Shown here: one piece after another, positions 40,428-49,844 of the stretch
Position numbering within the stretch: the stretch's first letter is position 1
Layout of the letters: each line of letters opens with the position of its first letter
DNA from: Salinispira sp.
GTDB taxonomy: Bacteria > Spirochaetota > Spirochaetia > DSM-27196 > Salinispiraceae
Length of the DNA: 64,000 nt
Direction of reading: 5' to 3'
NCBI GenBank assembly: GCA_965226555.1
Contig: CBDDDG010000010.1
Location: 32,001 to 96,000, forward strand
The notes under the pieces: generated by a model
Told to the model about the DNA's origin: nothing
The model's input: the letters and a program-made list of their open reading frames with translations, nothing else
The model's database searches: none
Program-made: the position numbers and the translations under genes

Positions 40428-41289
40428 GGATATGTTCCTTATATTCCTCTGCGAGGGACGGCGTATTTTCGGAGGTATTGGCATATTCAAGGTTCACCTT
40501 ACAGGCAGCCTGCTCCATCTCCGCAAGTTCGGTAATATCGGGGGTTTTACCGCTTATGCGGCAGTGCTCGTTATGCTTCACCGCAACAGTACGGAAATTC
40601 ATACTCAGCGCGTCATAAAAAAGCACACGGTTTGTCAGGAGTTCTCCAATGTTCAGGAGATATTTGAGCGCCTCGGTCGCCTGAATGGTTCCGAGAATTC
40701 CCGCAATTGCCCCAAGCACCCCCGCCTCGCTGCAGGTCGGCACGGCGCCGGCCGGCGGCGGTGTGGGATACACGCAGCGGTAACAGGCGGAGCCGGGCGT
40801 CCAGGTCATTGTCTGCCCCTGAAAACGCAGAATTCCCCCTTGGTTGAAGGGTTTGTTCTCAAAAACACAGGCATCATTTACCAGATACTTTGTGGGAAAA
40901 TTATCCGTGCCCTCAACAATAAAATCGTAACCGCGAATAATTTCACGGATATTATCCTTATTCAAACGCAGATTATGACGGATAACCTGCACATCGGGGT
41001 TTATTGCTTCAATTTTTTCACCGGCTGAATCGACCTTGCTCCTGCCGACATCGGGAGTGTGATGAGCAATTTGCCGCTGAAGATTACTCAGATCAACCAC
41101 ATCCGCATCGGCTAATCCAATGGTACCAACTCCGGCAGCTGCCAGATACAGAGAAATTGGCGACCCCAGCCCCCCCGCGCCGATAACGAGAACCTTACTG
41201 TTCAGAAGGCGCTCCTGTCCTTTGCCGCCGACATTCTGCAGAAGAATATGCCTGCTGTATCGTATTATCTGATCATTATGTAAACTCAT
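40420..41289 (-). CDS. MoeB/ThiF-family adenylyltransferase
   Basis: RYSRHI, GAGGLG, SNLQRQ, CYRC, CSEAGVLG. Confidence 0.93.
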   Translation of the reverse strand: MSLHNDQIIRYSRHILLQNVGGKGQERLLNSKVLVIGAGGLGSPISLYLAAAGVGTIGLADADVVDLSNLQRQIAHHTPDVGRSKVDSAGEKIEAINPDVQVIRHNLRLNKDNIREIIRGYDFIVEGTDNFPTKYLVNDACVFENKPFNQGGILRFQGQTMTWTPGSACYRCVYPTPPPAGAVPTCSEAGVLGAIAGILGTIQATEALKYLLNIGELLTNRVLFYDALSMNFRTVAVKHNEHCRISGKTPDITELAEMEQAACKVNLEYANTSENTPSLAEEYKEHIHG

Positions 41290-41299
41290 ACATTCCTCA

Positions 41300-42568
41300 C
41301 TAAACATTCTTATGGAAAGTTTTGCCGGCACATTCCAATGCCTGACTGAAATCTGCCTTCAGATCTTCAATATCCTCAAGTCCGAGAGATATTCTCAACA
41401 TACCGGGGGTTACTCCCGCTTCCTTCTTCTTTTGTTCTGAAGAATCTCGAAAAATCGTGCTTGCCGGATGCACTGCCAAGGTTCGTGAATCGCCGAGATT
41501 CGTCATATTACGTACCAATTTCAGCGCTTTTCCAAAGGAAAATGCCCGTTCCTTGCTCCCGAAGTCTATTGTTATGAGGGCGCCGCCGCCATGAGGCATG
41601 TACTTTACAACACGTGTATAGTACGGCGAAGATTTCAGACCGGGATAATGTACTGCTTCTTCTCCCATCTGCCGCGCAAGATATTCGGCAAGATATTTGG
41701 CGTTTTCAAACTGCCGTTCAACCCTGAGGTGCATGGTTTCCAGACTGAAACCGGTGAGAGCCGCGGCCGCAGGCTGCTGAGTCATACCAAGATTCTGCAG
41801 GGCCTGATAGCGAAAGCTTGCAAGAAAGGCATTGTCCTTTCCGAAGCGGGCAGAAAAATCCTGCAGAACAGGGTCCCGCGACTGTGTCCAGTCGTATGTT
41901 CCCTTGTCAATCAATGCTCCGCCAAGTACGGTATTGTTCCCTGCCATAAACTTTGTGCTGCTGTGCATCTCAAGAGCAACGGGAGCAGGAGAAAGATCCA
42001 GAAAACCCGGAGGGGTGAGGGTTGAGTCGAGAAAAACCGGCAGATTCTTTTCTTCGGCAATCGCCGTTACCGTTTCAAGATCCTGGAGATCGAGGGCAGG
42101 ATTACCCATGGACTCACAGAATAGTAAAACTGCTGTGGGAGTGTTTTTTACGACCTTTCTGAGAGCTTCGGAATCGTGAAAATTGGTATACGCAACGTTC
42201 AGACCAAGTTTGCTGAAGAGCCTGTCGAAGAGGGCAATGGTTCCGCCGAAAATTGCCCGGTGGGCAATAATTGTGTCGCCGGCTGAGGCGAGGGTAAGTA
42301 CGGCGCCGCTGATTGCTGCCATCCCTGTTGCGGTGAGTACTGCTCCTCTTCCCCCTGTTATGGCGGCAATTTTCCGCTCAATATTCATAAGGGTCGGATT
42401 CTGAATGCGCCCGTAAATATAGCCGAATTTCTGCCCGGCAAAGACCTTTTCAAGATCGGCAGGGTTCTCGTATGCAAATGCCGAATTCAGATAAAGAGGA
42501 AATTGTGTTGCGCCGAACTGATCGTTCTGCGACTGAAGTATGCGCGTCTGAGCGGCATAATCATTCAT
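41300..42568 (-). CDS. O-acetylhomoserine sulfhydrylase-like PLP enzyme (MetY family)
   Basis: YGRIQNPT, TGMAAI, HSSTKF (PLP lysine), NLGDSRTL, HPAST, LRISLGLEDIEDL. Confidence 0.88.
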   Translation of the reverse strand: MNDYAAQTRILQSQNDQFGATQFPLYLNSAFAYENPADLEKVFAGQKFGYIYGRIQNPTLMNIERKIAAITGGRGAVLTATGMAAISGAVLTLASAGDTIIAHRAIFGGTIALFDRLFSKLGLNVAYTNFHDSEALRKVVKNTPTAVLLFCESMGNPALDLQDLETVTAIAEEKNLPVFLDSTLTPPGFLDLSPAPVALEMHSSTKFMAGNNTVLGGALIDKGTYDWTQSRDPVLQDFSARFGKDNAFLASFRYQALQNLGMTQQPAAAALTGFSLETMHLRVERQFENAKYLAEYLARQMGEEAVHYPGLKSSPYYTRVVKYMPHGGGALITIDFGSKERAFSFGKALKLVRNMTNLGDSRTLAVHPASTIFRDSSEQKKKEAGVTPGMLRISLGLEDIEDLKADFSQALECAGKTFHKNV

Positions 42569-42800
42569 TTCCTCCTCCCATAAAATAGAGAAAATTAATT
42601 TCATCGCCGTCAGATATAACGATTGTCGAAAATTCATCTCTGTTCAGAATGCGTCCGTTATGCTGAACGGAAACCATATCGGGCGATTCAACATCCTGAA
42701 TTTCAAGGAGCTTTTCAATATGTAATTGTTCTTCTGTCTGCACACTGACAGTATCATTATTAATTGTCAGCGTGAGTGTTCCTATAGTTTTTTCGGACAT
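42561..42800 (-). CDS. ThiS-like sulfur carrier with blocked C-terminus (FMGGG-NE)
   Basis: Ubiquitin-like fold, GDEINFLYFMGGGNE. Confidence 0.88.
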   Translation of the reverse strand: MSEKTIGTLTLTINNDTVSVQTEEQLHIEKLLEIQDVESPDMVSVQHNGRILNRDEFSTIVISDGDEINFLYFMGGGNE

Positions 42801-43319
42801 ACATGGCCTCCACTAAAAATATAGTTCCAAAACTATAGTATGTCAATATAATTTGTCAAGATTAATAAAATATTAATAAAAAGAGACCGTTGCATAATCC
42901 ATGGTTCTATTGAGATGGGGAAGGTTGATAAAAATTTGGGGTAAAACTGGCTGATAATGCCATCTGAGCGCCCGCGAAGGATCGCATTTTGCTCATTTCT
43001 GCCCGTTTTCGGGCTGGTTTCCGGCGCGTAGGCAGGCGATCCCTGTCGGCTTCTGCCGTTTTCCCAAATGCGGCTGCTAAGCCGCCCATTAATGCGATCC
43101 GTTCCGCACTGTCCGCATACTGTTTTCTCCTCCTGAATATCCGAGGATTTTCAAAAGCATATTTCCAGCTATGTACCATACCGATATGATTTTTTCTCAT
43201 ACCATATAGACGGGTAAAATATGAATGGTGAATATGAGAAATTTTTGTAATTATTTTTATTATTTTGGGATATTACTGTTGGACCTGACCCCGGCGCGGG
43301 GCGCGCTGAAGTAGCGCTG

Positions 43320-43544
43320 CTACGCTTCACCGTTTTTCTGAAATGCTCGAATTTCATCTCCGCTGAGATTGGTGATATCATGAATAATGTCCATCGATAT
43401 GCCCTTCCTGAGCATTTTGAGTACCTGCTCACGTTGGGTTCGATCATGTTCACGCTGGAGCTCAGCACGCCCCTGCTCAAGCCCCTGCTCAAACCTGTGC
43501 TCAACACCTGCCCGCCATGGCTTATCTAAAAGATCTACCAACAT
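43320..43544 (-). CDS. Stand-alone Rpn C-terminal (RpnS-like) mini-gene, 74 aa
   Basis: RBS GAGGAGGT; EQGLEQG repeats, MLRKGISMDIIHDITNLSGDEI HTH. Confidence 0.72.
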   Translation of the reverse strand: MLVDLLDKPWRAGVEHRFEQGLEQGRAELQREHDRTQREQVLKMLRKGISMDIIHDITNLSGDEIRAFQKNGEA

Positions 43545-43596
43545 ACGTTTTACCTCCTCAGGATGTTCCTGCCGGCTGCAGGCCGAGCAACGTCAA

Positions 43597-44781
43597 TTAA
43601 TGCGATCCGTTCCGCAATGTCCGCATTTCCTCATCGCTCAGCCCGGTAATCCTCTGAACAGCCTCGGTCGACAACCCTTCCAAAAACATACTGCGGGCGT
43701 TTTTTCTCCGCTCCTCAATATGCCCCTCCGCGCGACCTGCCTGTAGCCCCTTTTGAAGTCCTTCTTCACGACCTGTCTGCAGTCCTTCCTGTCGACCTGT
43801 TTGCAATCCTTCTTCACGACCTGTTCGCAGTCCTGTCTGCAGTCCTTCCTGCCGACCTGTCTGCAGTCCTTCCTGTCGACCTGTTTGCAATCCTTCTTCA
43901 CGACCTGTTCGCAGTCCTGTCTGCAGTCCTTCCTGCCGACCTGTCTGCAATCCTTCCTGCCGACCCATTTCCGCAATGCGCGCTCTGAATGTTTCCGCAT
44001 TCATTCTGAACATTTTCGCTACCTCCTTACCTCTCGGTTCTTTTGTTCTTTCTAATTGGTTCATTAGCGTATCTAAATCTATAACAATTCCGAACATCGA
44101 ATCTACCACGCCAATAAATTCCTTTATCAGCTCCAGCGATTCTTCATTCAGCATTTCTGCTATCGCTTTCTCCACCTTCTGAATGTCCCAATCCGTATTC
44201 AGCAGATTTTTCGAGTACAGATCAAGGTACATAACAGCCGCAAACATTCTTCCCCGCTGCTGCAGCTGCTCCGCAGAATAATCGCTCTCGCTAATAAGAT
44301 CGTAGGGAAAAGGAGCAAGATACTGCGGGAATTCCCGCTTCCGTTGCTTTCTGACATTCCCCGGCACCTTCCATTTTCTCGTACCATTATAGAACACAAT
44401 GGGAAGAAATACCACCTCGCAGTCATCGGGAATTGCGCCGGAGCGGTGAATGTTCCGATAGAGCAGATTCGTGTACTCCGACATGCGGAGGGGCATGTCT
44501 TTGTTCACTCCAGACTGATGCTCAAGGAGCACATAGATAGCAACATCTCCCGTGTGATCCCGACTCCTGATTTTGCAGACAATGTCGGCCATTCGTGTTT
44601 TTGCATGGTCAATGAAAAAGGTACCGTTTTCAATGGTTATATCCTCGGTTCGCAATTTTTTCGTCCATGCGCCTCCGACAAATCGTTGAAGAAATTGGAG
44701 CATTATTGCGGGTTGGAACAGCAGGGAGCGGTAGCCTTGGTCGTAGGGAACGGGGGCGGGTTTTTCTTTGAAATCGATCAT
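43597..44781 (-). CDS. Rpn family nuclease, copy 3 (inverted relative to copies 1/2); internal start at 44013
   Basis: Near-identical to copies 1/2, with an expanded GRQEGLQT repeat tract. Confidence 0.9.
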   Translation of the reverse strand: MIDFKEKPAPVPYDQGYRSLLFQPAIMLQFLQRFVGGAWTKKLRTEDITIENGTFFIDHAKTRMADIVCKIRSRDHTGDVAIYVLLEHQSGVNKDMPLRMSEYTNLLYRNIHRSGAIPDDCEVVFLPIVFYNGTRKWKVPGNVRKQRKREFPQYLAPFPYDLISESDYSAEQLQQRGRMFAAVMYLDLYSKNLLNTDWDIQKVEKAIAEMLNEESLELIKEFIGVVDSMFGIVIDLDTLMNQLERTKEPRGKEVAKMFRMNAETFRARIAEMGRQEGLQTGRQEGLQTGLRTGREEGLQTGRQEGLQTGRQEGLQTGLRTGREEGLQTGRQEGLQTGREEGLQKGLQAGRAEGHIEERRKNARSMFLEGLSTEAVQRITGLSDEEMRTLRNGSH

Positions 44782-44796
44782 ACAATCCTCCTGAAC

Positions 44797-44850
44797 GAAA
44801 GTTTTGCTACTGGAAATTGTGCTTGCACAATTTTCCAATGCAAAAATTTC
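44797..44850. mobile_element. 54-bp palindromic element with flanking direct repeat
   Basis: Absent from the leaders of paralogs 1/2; flanked by tgaac...tgaac (ctgaacg x2). Confidence 0.8.
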
Positions 44851-44939
44851 TGAACGTTTCTTTCTGAATAGGGGAGCTCCCATGGCGACATGGTCCCATG
44901 GTGAATTCTCCCTTATATATCTATAACGGGTAAAATGTC

Positions 44940-45314
44940 ATTCTTGACTATGTATTTTGAAAGAATTTGAAAAAAGTTTTGATACTGAATAGAACTTTCC
45001 GCTCGGGCTCATCCCTGAAGGGGGCGCTGACAACGAGATCGCAGTGAAGGTTCTTTTTTCCTGCAATGTAGCTGGGGGTTTCAATGCGGATTTTGTCCAT
45101 GTCCAGCTTGGCAAGTGTTGTATCCTCACAGAACAGCCGCAGCAGGTCGGGAATGGGGGCTGGTATGCTCTGTGTTGATGCTCTCCATGCTCCCGGGGAC
45201 AATGCTCCGCGCGAGGTCTTTGTTGAAGTATGAATATATGAAATCCCGGAATATCCGGGGATTTTCAAAAGCATATTTCCAGCTATGTACCATACCGATA
45301 TGATTTTTTCTCAT
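44940..45314 (-). pseudogene. Chimeric Rpn N-terminal fragments
   Basis: HSWKYAFENPRIFRDFIYSYF fragment joined to IPDLLRLF...DLVVSAPF fragment; DNA duplicated at 46540-47000 and 43135-43200. Confidence 0.7.
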
Positions 45315-45433
45315 ACCATATAGACGGGTAAAATATGAATGGTGAATATGAGAAATTTTTGTAATTATTTTTATTATTTTGGGATATTACTGTTGGACCT
45401 GACCCCGGCGCGGGGCGCGCTGAAGTAGCGCTG

Positions 45434-45781
45434 CTACGCTTCACCGTTTTTCTGAAATGCTCGAATTTCATCTCCGCTGAGATTGGTGATATCATGAATA
45501 ATGTCCATCGATATGCCCTTCCTGAGCATTTTGAGTACCTGCTCACGTTGGGTTCGATCATGTTCACGCTGGAGCTCAGCACGCCCCTGCTCAAGCCCCT
45601 GCTCAAGACCTTCAACCCGGCCTTTCAGAATGCCTTTCTCCATTCCTTTTGCAATGCCTTTCTCCATTCCTTTTGCAATGCCTTTCTCCATTCCTTTCAG
45701 AATGCCCTTCTCCATTCCCTCAATCCGGCCCTTCGCAATGCCTTCCCTTACGAAGGCGTTGGTAATATTATATGTCCGCAT
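45434..45781 (-). CDS. RpnS-like C-terminal module with (GMEK/GIAK)n repeats
   Basis: RBS TAGGAG, ATG 45781; C-terminal half identical to 43320-43490. Confidence 0.72.
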   Translation of the reverse strand: MRTYNITNAFVREGIAKGRIEGMEKGILKGMEKGIAKGMEKGIAKGMEKGILKGRVEGLEQGLEQGRAELQREHDRTQREQVLKMLRKGISMDIIHDITNLSGDEIRAFQKNGEA

Positions 45782-46764
45782 ACTGTTTTCTCCTACTGAA
45801 ACTTTTGCATTGGAAAATTGTGCAGAGCACAATTTCCAGTAGCAAAAGTTTCACATTTGGCAGGCCTCGTTGCGCTTGGCATTCTCTCATTTTGTAGAAA
45901 GTTTTGCCTGTGGCAAAACTTTGTCCAGGGTACAGTTCCCTGTCAATTTTCTCAAACTGCTCATACAGTCCCAAATCTTTTAGATAGCCTAACACACTTT
46001 CTGCCAGATCAGTAAAGTCTTGTGATGACAGACCGTTCAGAAGCTGCGCAATCTCTTTCAGCCCCTCATCGTTCATTTCACTGAAAATTGTGCTCTGCAC
46101 AATTTTCAAATGAGGATTCTCTCATCTATACTCTTGATTCTCTCACGGTATAGAAAGTTTTTCCTAAAGGAAAAACTTTGTTATTATCTCGCATTATATA
46201 CCACAATGCAGTCGATGTATATCGTTTTCCATCGAAACGCCATGCCAACTGCCTTTTGTCCATTCGCCTCAGATCGCGCACAATGTACGACACTCTCGCC
46301 CTGACATCCACCGTGCCTTCGGTAAGGGATTCGGAAGCAGCATTTCCATGTAAACTGTAAAATGTGAGTGGGAGGTTCCATTCATTTTTTCCATGGTAGA
46401 ACAGAAGTATATAGATAGCATCATTTTCATTGTACACATTGCTGTTTCTGAGGGCATATTGGTAGTCATCGATCTGTGTGAGAGCATGTTTATTCAGGTA
46501 GCTTTTGTGTTCAATAATAAATAGGGCCTTCCGGTCGGGGTCTGACAGGAAGGGGGCACTGACAACGAGATCGCAGTGAAGGTTCTTTTTTCCCGCAATG
46601 TAGCTGGGATTTTCAATGCGAATTTTGTCCATGTCCAGCTTGGTAAGAATCGTATCCGTACAGAACAGCCGCAGCAGGTCGGGAATCAGCCGGGGGGTTC
46701 GGTAGTAGGCGATCTTGAAGGCTATGTCGTGGATGTGGCCTGTGCTCTGGGATGATTTTTTCAT
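45768..46764 (-). pseudogene. Divergent Rpn nuclease broken by palindromic insertions
   Basis: HDIAFK...CDLVV...IIEHKS...LLFYHG motifs in 46126-46764; continuation in 45768-46109; palindromes at ~46152, ~46080, ~45897 and 45798. Confidence 0.75.
45798..45852. repeat. 55-bp palindromic element copy
   Basis: gaaacttttgcattggaaaattgtgcagagcacaatttccagtagcaaaagtttc. Confidence 0.9.
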
Positions 46765-47291
46765 AAACATTCCTCCTACATCTATAACGGGTAAAAAGTC
46801 ATTCTTGACTATGTTTTTGGAAAGCATTTTGCAAAATTTGTGAATTTTTTTCGGGGAGTCGGGAATGGGGGGCTGGTATGCTCTGTGTTGATGCTCTCCA
46901 TGCTCCCGGGGACAATGCTCCGCGCGAGGTCTTTGTTGAAGTATGAATATATGAAATCCCGGAATATCTGAGGATTTTCAAAAACATATTTCCAGCTTTG
47001 ATCATGCACCATACCACATAAACAGGATATGCGCGCATGGTGAATGATGTTATGAGAAATTTTTTGAAAAAGTTTCTATTATTTTGAGATATTAGCCTGA
47101 TCCAGACGTATGGGCGAGCAGAAGGCATGGCGAGCCAACGCGGAGCACCGACCAGCCTAGGAGACGCAGCCTCCCCGACCAGCCGTCTTGCTCGAAAAAA
47201 GGCAGGCACGGGGGCTGGTCGGCGCCCCATGCCTGCCTGAGTTGAATTGCAACGTTTCATTAGCCGCTGGGGGCTTCCGCCCTACTGGTTG

Positions 47292-49460
47292 CTATTTGGT
47301 GAAAATGTATATTTTGCCAGAATCAACGCCAGCCGTATTATCATCAGTCCGCCGCGCGCCGACAATCGCAGTATCTCCATTCAGAGCAACGCTATATCCA
47401 AAATTCTCATTTGCTGGCGCACCATCAGTTTCTAGTTTTTGCCGCTGGGTCCAGCCGTTGCCGCTGACATCCTTGGTGAAAATGTAAGCACTGCCCTGCT
47501 CTGTAGTACCAGTACTATCCTGAAATGCGCCGACAATCGCAGTATCTCCATCAATGGCAACACTAATTCCAAAATAATCATTTAGTTGTCCGTCAGATGC
47601 CGTCAGTTTGACTTCATTGCCCCAGCCACTGTCGCCCTTGGTAAAAATGTATGCGGTACCGGAAGCATCGCCTTTATCATCACCATTAGACTCTCCGACA
47701 ATCACGGTATCTCCATCAATGGCAACACTAGTTCCAAACAGATCATCTATATCAGTTGGCGTCAGTTTGACTTCATTTCCCCAGCCACTGTCGCCCTTGG
47801 TAAAAATGTATACGCCGGAATTGGTGCTCAGTGAACTCCCCGGCGCGCCGATAACCGCGGTAGTTCCATCAATGGCAACACTAGTTCCAAAGAAACTAAT
47901 TGCAGCTCCATCAGATGCCGTTAGGTTGACTCCATCGTCCCAGCCATCGGCACTGCTATCCTTGGTGAAAATGTAAGCGCTGCCATGATCATTATCATCA
48001 TCATCAGTATTAGTATCATCAGTATCATCCCAATATGCGCCAACAATCGCAGTATCTCCATCAATGGCAACACTAATTCCAAAATAATCATTTGGTTGTC
48101 CGTCAGTTGCCATCAGTTTTGCCTGCTGGGTCCAGCCGTTGCCAGTGGTATCCTTGGTGAACACATACGCGCTGCCGGAATTCATGCCGTTAGCATTAGT
48201 CTCAAAATACGCACCGACAATCGCAGTAGTTCCATCGTCATCCAGATCAACAGTGATTCCAAAATAATCACCTGCAGCCGCGTCACTTGCCTCCAGTTTT
48301 GCCTGCTGGGTCCAGCCGTTGCCAGTGGTATCCTTGGTGAACACATACGCGCTGCCAGCATTACTACTATCCTTATATGCACCGACAATCGCAGTGTCTC
48401 CATCTTCATCCAGAGCAACAGTGATTCCAAACTGATCACCTGCAGCCGCGTCAGATGCCAAGCGTTCGATTTTGTTCGGAAAAAGAAGTAGTAAAACGGT
48501 AGCGCTATTCGACCATGCGCCATCGCCCACAGCGTTAACGGCGCGTACCTGTACGTGGTAGCGAGTGCCGTTTGTGAGGTCTGTGATGGTGTGGCTTGTG
48601 CCGGTGATTTCGGATGCTTCAATTAATGTCCATGTGGTTCCGCCGTCTGAGCTATATTGCAGCTCATACCCGGTAATTTCGCTGCCGCCGTCATCATCGG
48701 GCGCTGTCCATGTAACCGTAAGCGAAGCGTTCCCCGCTTCGAGAGTGGGAGTAGTCGGCGCGTCAGGAACAGTGGAAGATGCTGTAGGGGTTGCAGTGGC
48801 AGATTCCGACCATGCGCCGCTTTCTCCGCTCGCGTTGACCGCGCGTACCTGTACTTCGTAGCTGGTACCGCTTGTTAGCCCGGTAATGACGTGGTTTGTG
48901 CTGGTAATACCGGAGGTGAGCTCCGTCCAGCTCCCCTTGCCGTCTTCCCTGTGGCGCAGGTGGTAGGAGCTAATGGCGCTCCCGCCGGTATCGGTCGGCG
49001 CTGTCCATGTCACCGTCAGTTGCTCATTCCCTGCTTCGAGAGTGGGAGCAGCCGGCGCTGCAGGAAGGGTAGCGAGAGGCCTTGCGGTGGCAGATGGCGA
49101 CCAATCGCCTTCTCCGTTCGCGTTGACCGCGCGCACTTGCACCTCATAACCGGTACCGTTTGTTAGTCCGGCAATGGTGGAGCTTGTACCGTCAATGCCC
49201 TCGGTAATATCCGTCCAGCTTCCGCTGCCTTCTTCAGCATGGCGCAGGTGATAGTCGGTTACATTGTGACCGTCAAGCGCATCCCACGAAACCGCAATTG
49301 TTCCGCTTCCCGCCGTTAGCTGCGGCATGGACATGGCAGGCGGCGCGCTACCATCTACCGGTACAGGATCAGTACTCGGAACAGGATCTGGCCCCGGACA
49401 CCCAGCAAGCAACGCGGCACACACCGCGCAGCATACGACAAACAGGGAGTACTTCCCTAT
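47292..49460 (-). CDS. Surface lipoprotein: 3x FN3 + FG-GAP propeller; start uncertain
   Basis: LLAGC lipobox; the open frame extends to IGKYSLFVVCCAV but has no ATG; FN3 and FG-GAP repeats. Confidence 0.8.
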   Translation of the reverse strand: MGKYSLFVVCCAVCAALLAGCPGPDPVPSTDPVPVDGSAPPAMSMPQLTAGSGTIAVSWDALDGHNVTDYHLRHAEEGSGSWTDITEGIDGTSSTIAGLTNGTGYEVQVRAVNANGEGDWSPSATARPLATLPAAPAAPTLEAGNEQLTVTWTAPTDTGGSAISSYHLRHREDGKGSWTELTSGITSTNHVITGLTSGTSYEVQVRAVNASGESGAWSESATATPTASSTVPDAPTTPTLEAGNASLTVTWTAPDDDGGSEITGYELQYSSDGGTTWTLIEASEITGTSHTITDLTNGTRYHVQVRAVNAVGDGAWSNSATVLLLLFPNKIERLASDAAAGDQFGITVALDEDGDTAIVGAYKDSSNAGSAYVFTKDTTGNGWTQQAKLEASDAAAGDYFGITVDLDDDGTTAIVGAYFETNANGMNSGSAYVFTKDTTGNGWTQQAKLMATDGQPNDYFGISVAIDGDTAIVGAYWDDTDDTNTDDDDNDHGSAYIFTKDSSADGWDDGVNLTASDGAAISFFGTSVAIDGTTAVIGAPGSSLSTNSGVYIFTKGDSGWGNEVKLTPTDIDDLFGTSVAIDGDTVIVGESNGDDKGDASGTAYIFTKGDSGWGNEVKLTASDGQLNDYFGISVAIDGDTAIVGAFQDSTGTTEQGSAYIFTKDVSGNGWTQRQKLETDGAPANENFGYSVALNGDTAIVGARRTDDNTAGVDSGKIYIFTK

Positions 49461-49844
49461 ATTATACCACAGTTTTGCATTGCCGGTAGCAAAGGTTTCT
49501 ACACAATATCAGTAATTTTTAATTTTTGCAACTTTTACAGAAACAGGCAGGCATCGACTGCCCCAAAGGTGTAGCAGGGATGTTGTCCCTACCGCGAGTA
49601 TCGCCTTGCCTGAATGTTTATGCTCTGTAATAAGATCTGCGGTGTCTTCATCAATTTCATACTCTTCACTATGCATTGTGTGTTCCCGCAGATCATCGCT
49701 GCGGATCGGCAGGCTTGGCAGGAATTGGAAAATACCGCATAATGGAATGGGCAGCTTGGTGCCGTGCCGCCAATGGCGCGAGCATCAGCAGATATCAGAG
49801 TCCATCAATATTACATGAGAGGAGATCACATGAGAGGAGCACAT

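Noticed and set aside
39927..42800. CBASS/Bil-type ubiquitin-like defence (E1+JAB+Ubl)
   Set aside because: No E2 or cyclase; the MetY, YeeE, rhodanese and TusA context indicates sulfur metabolism.
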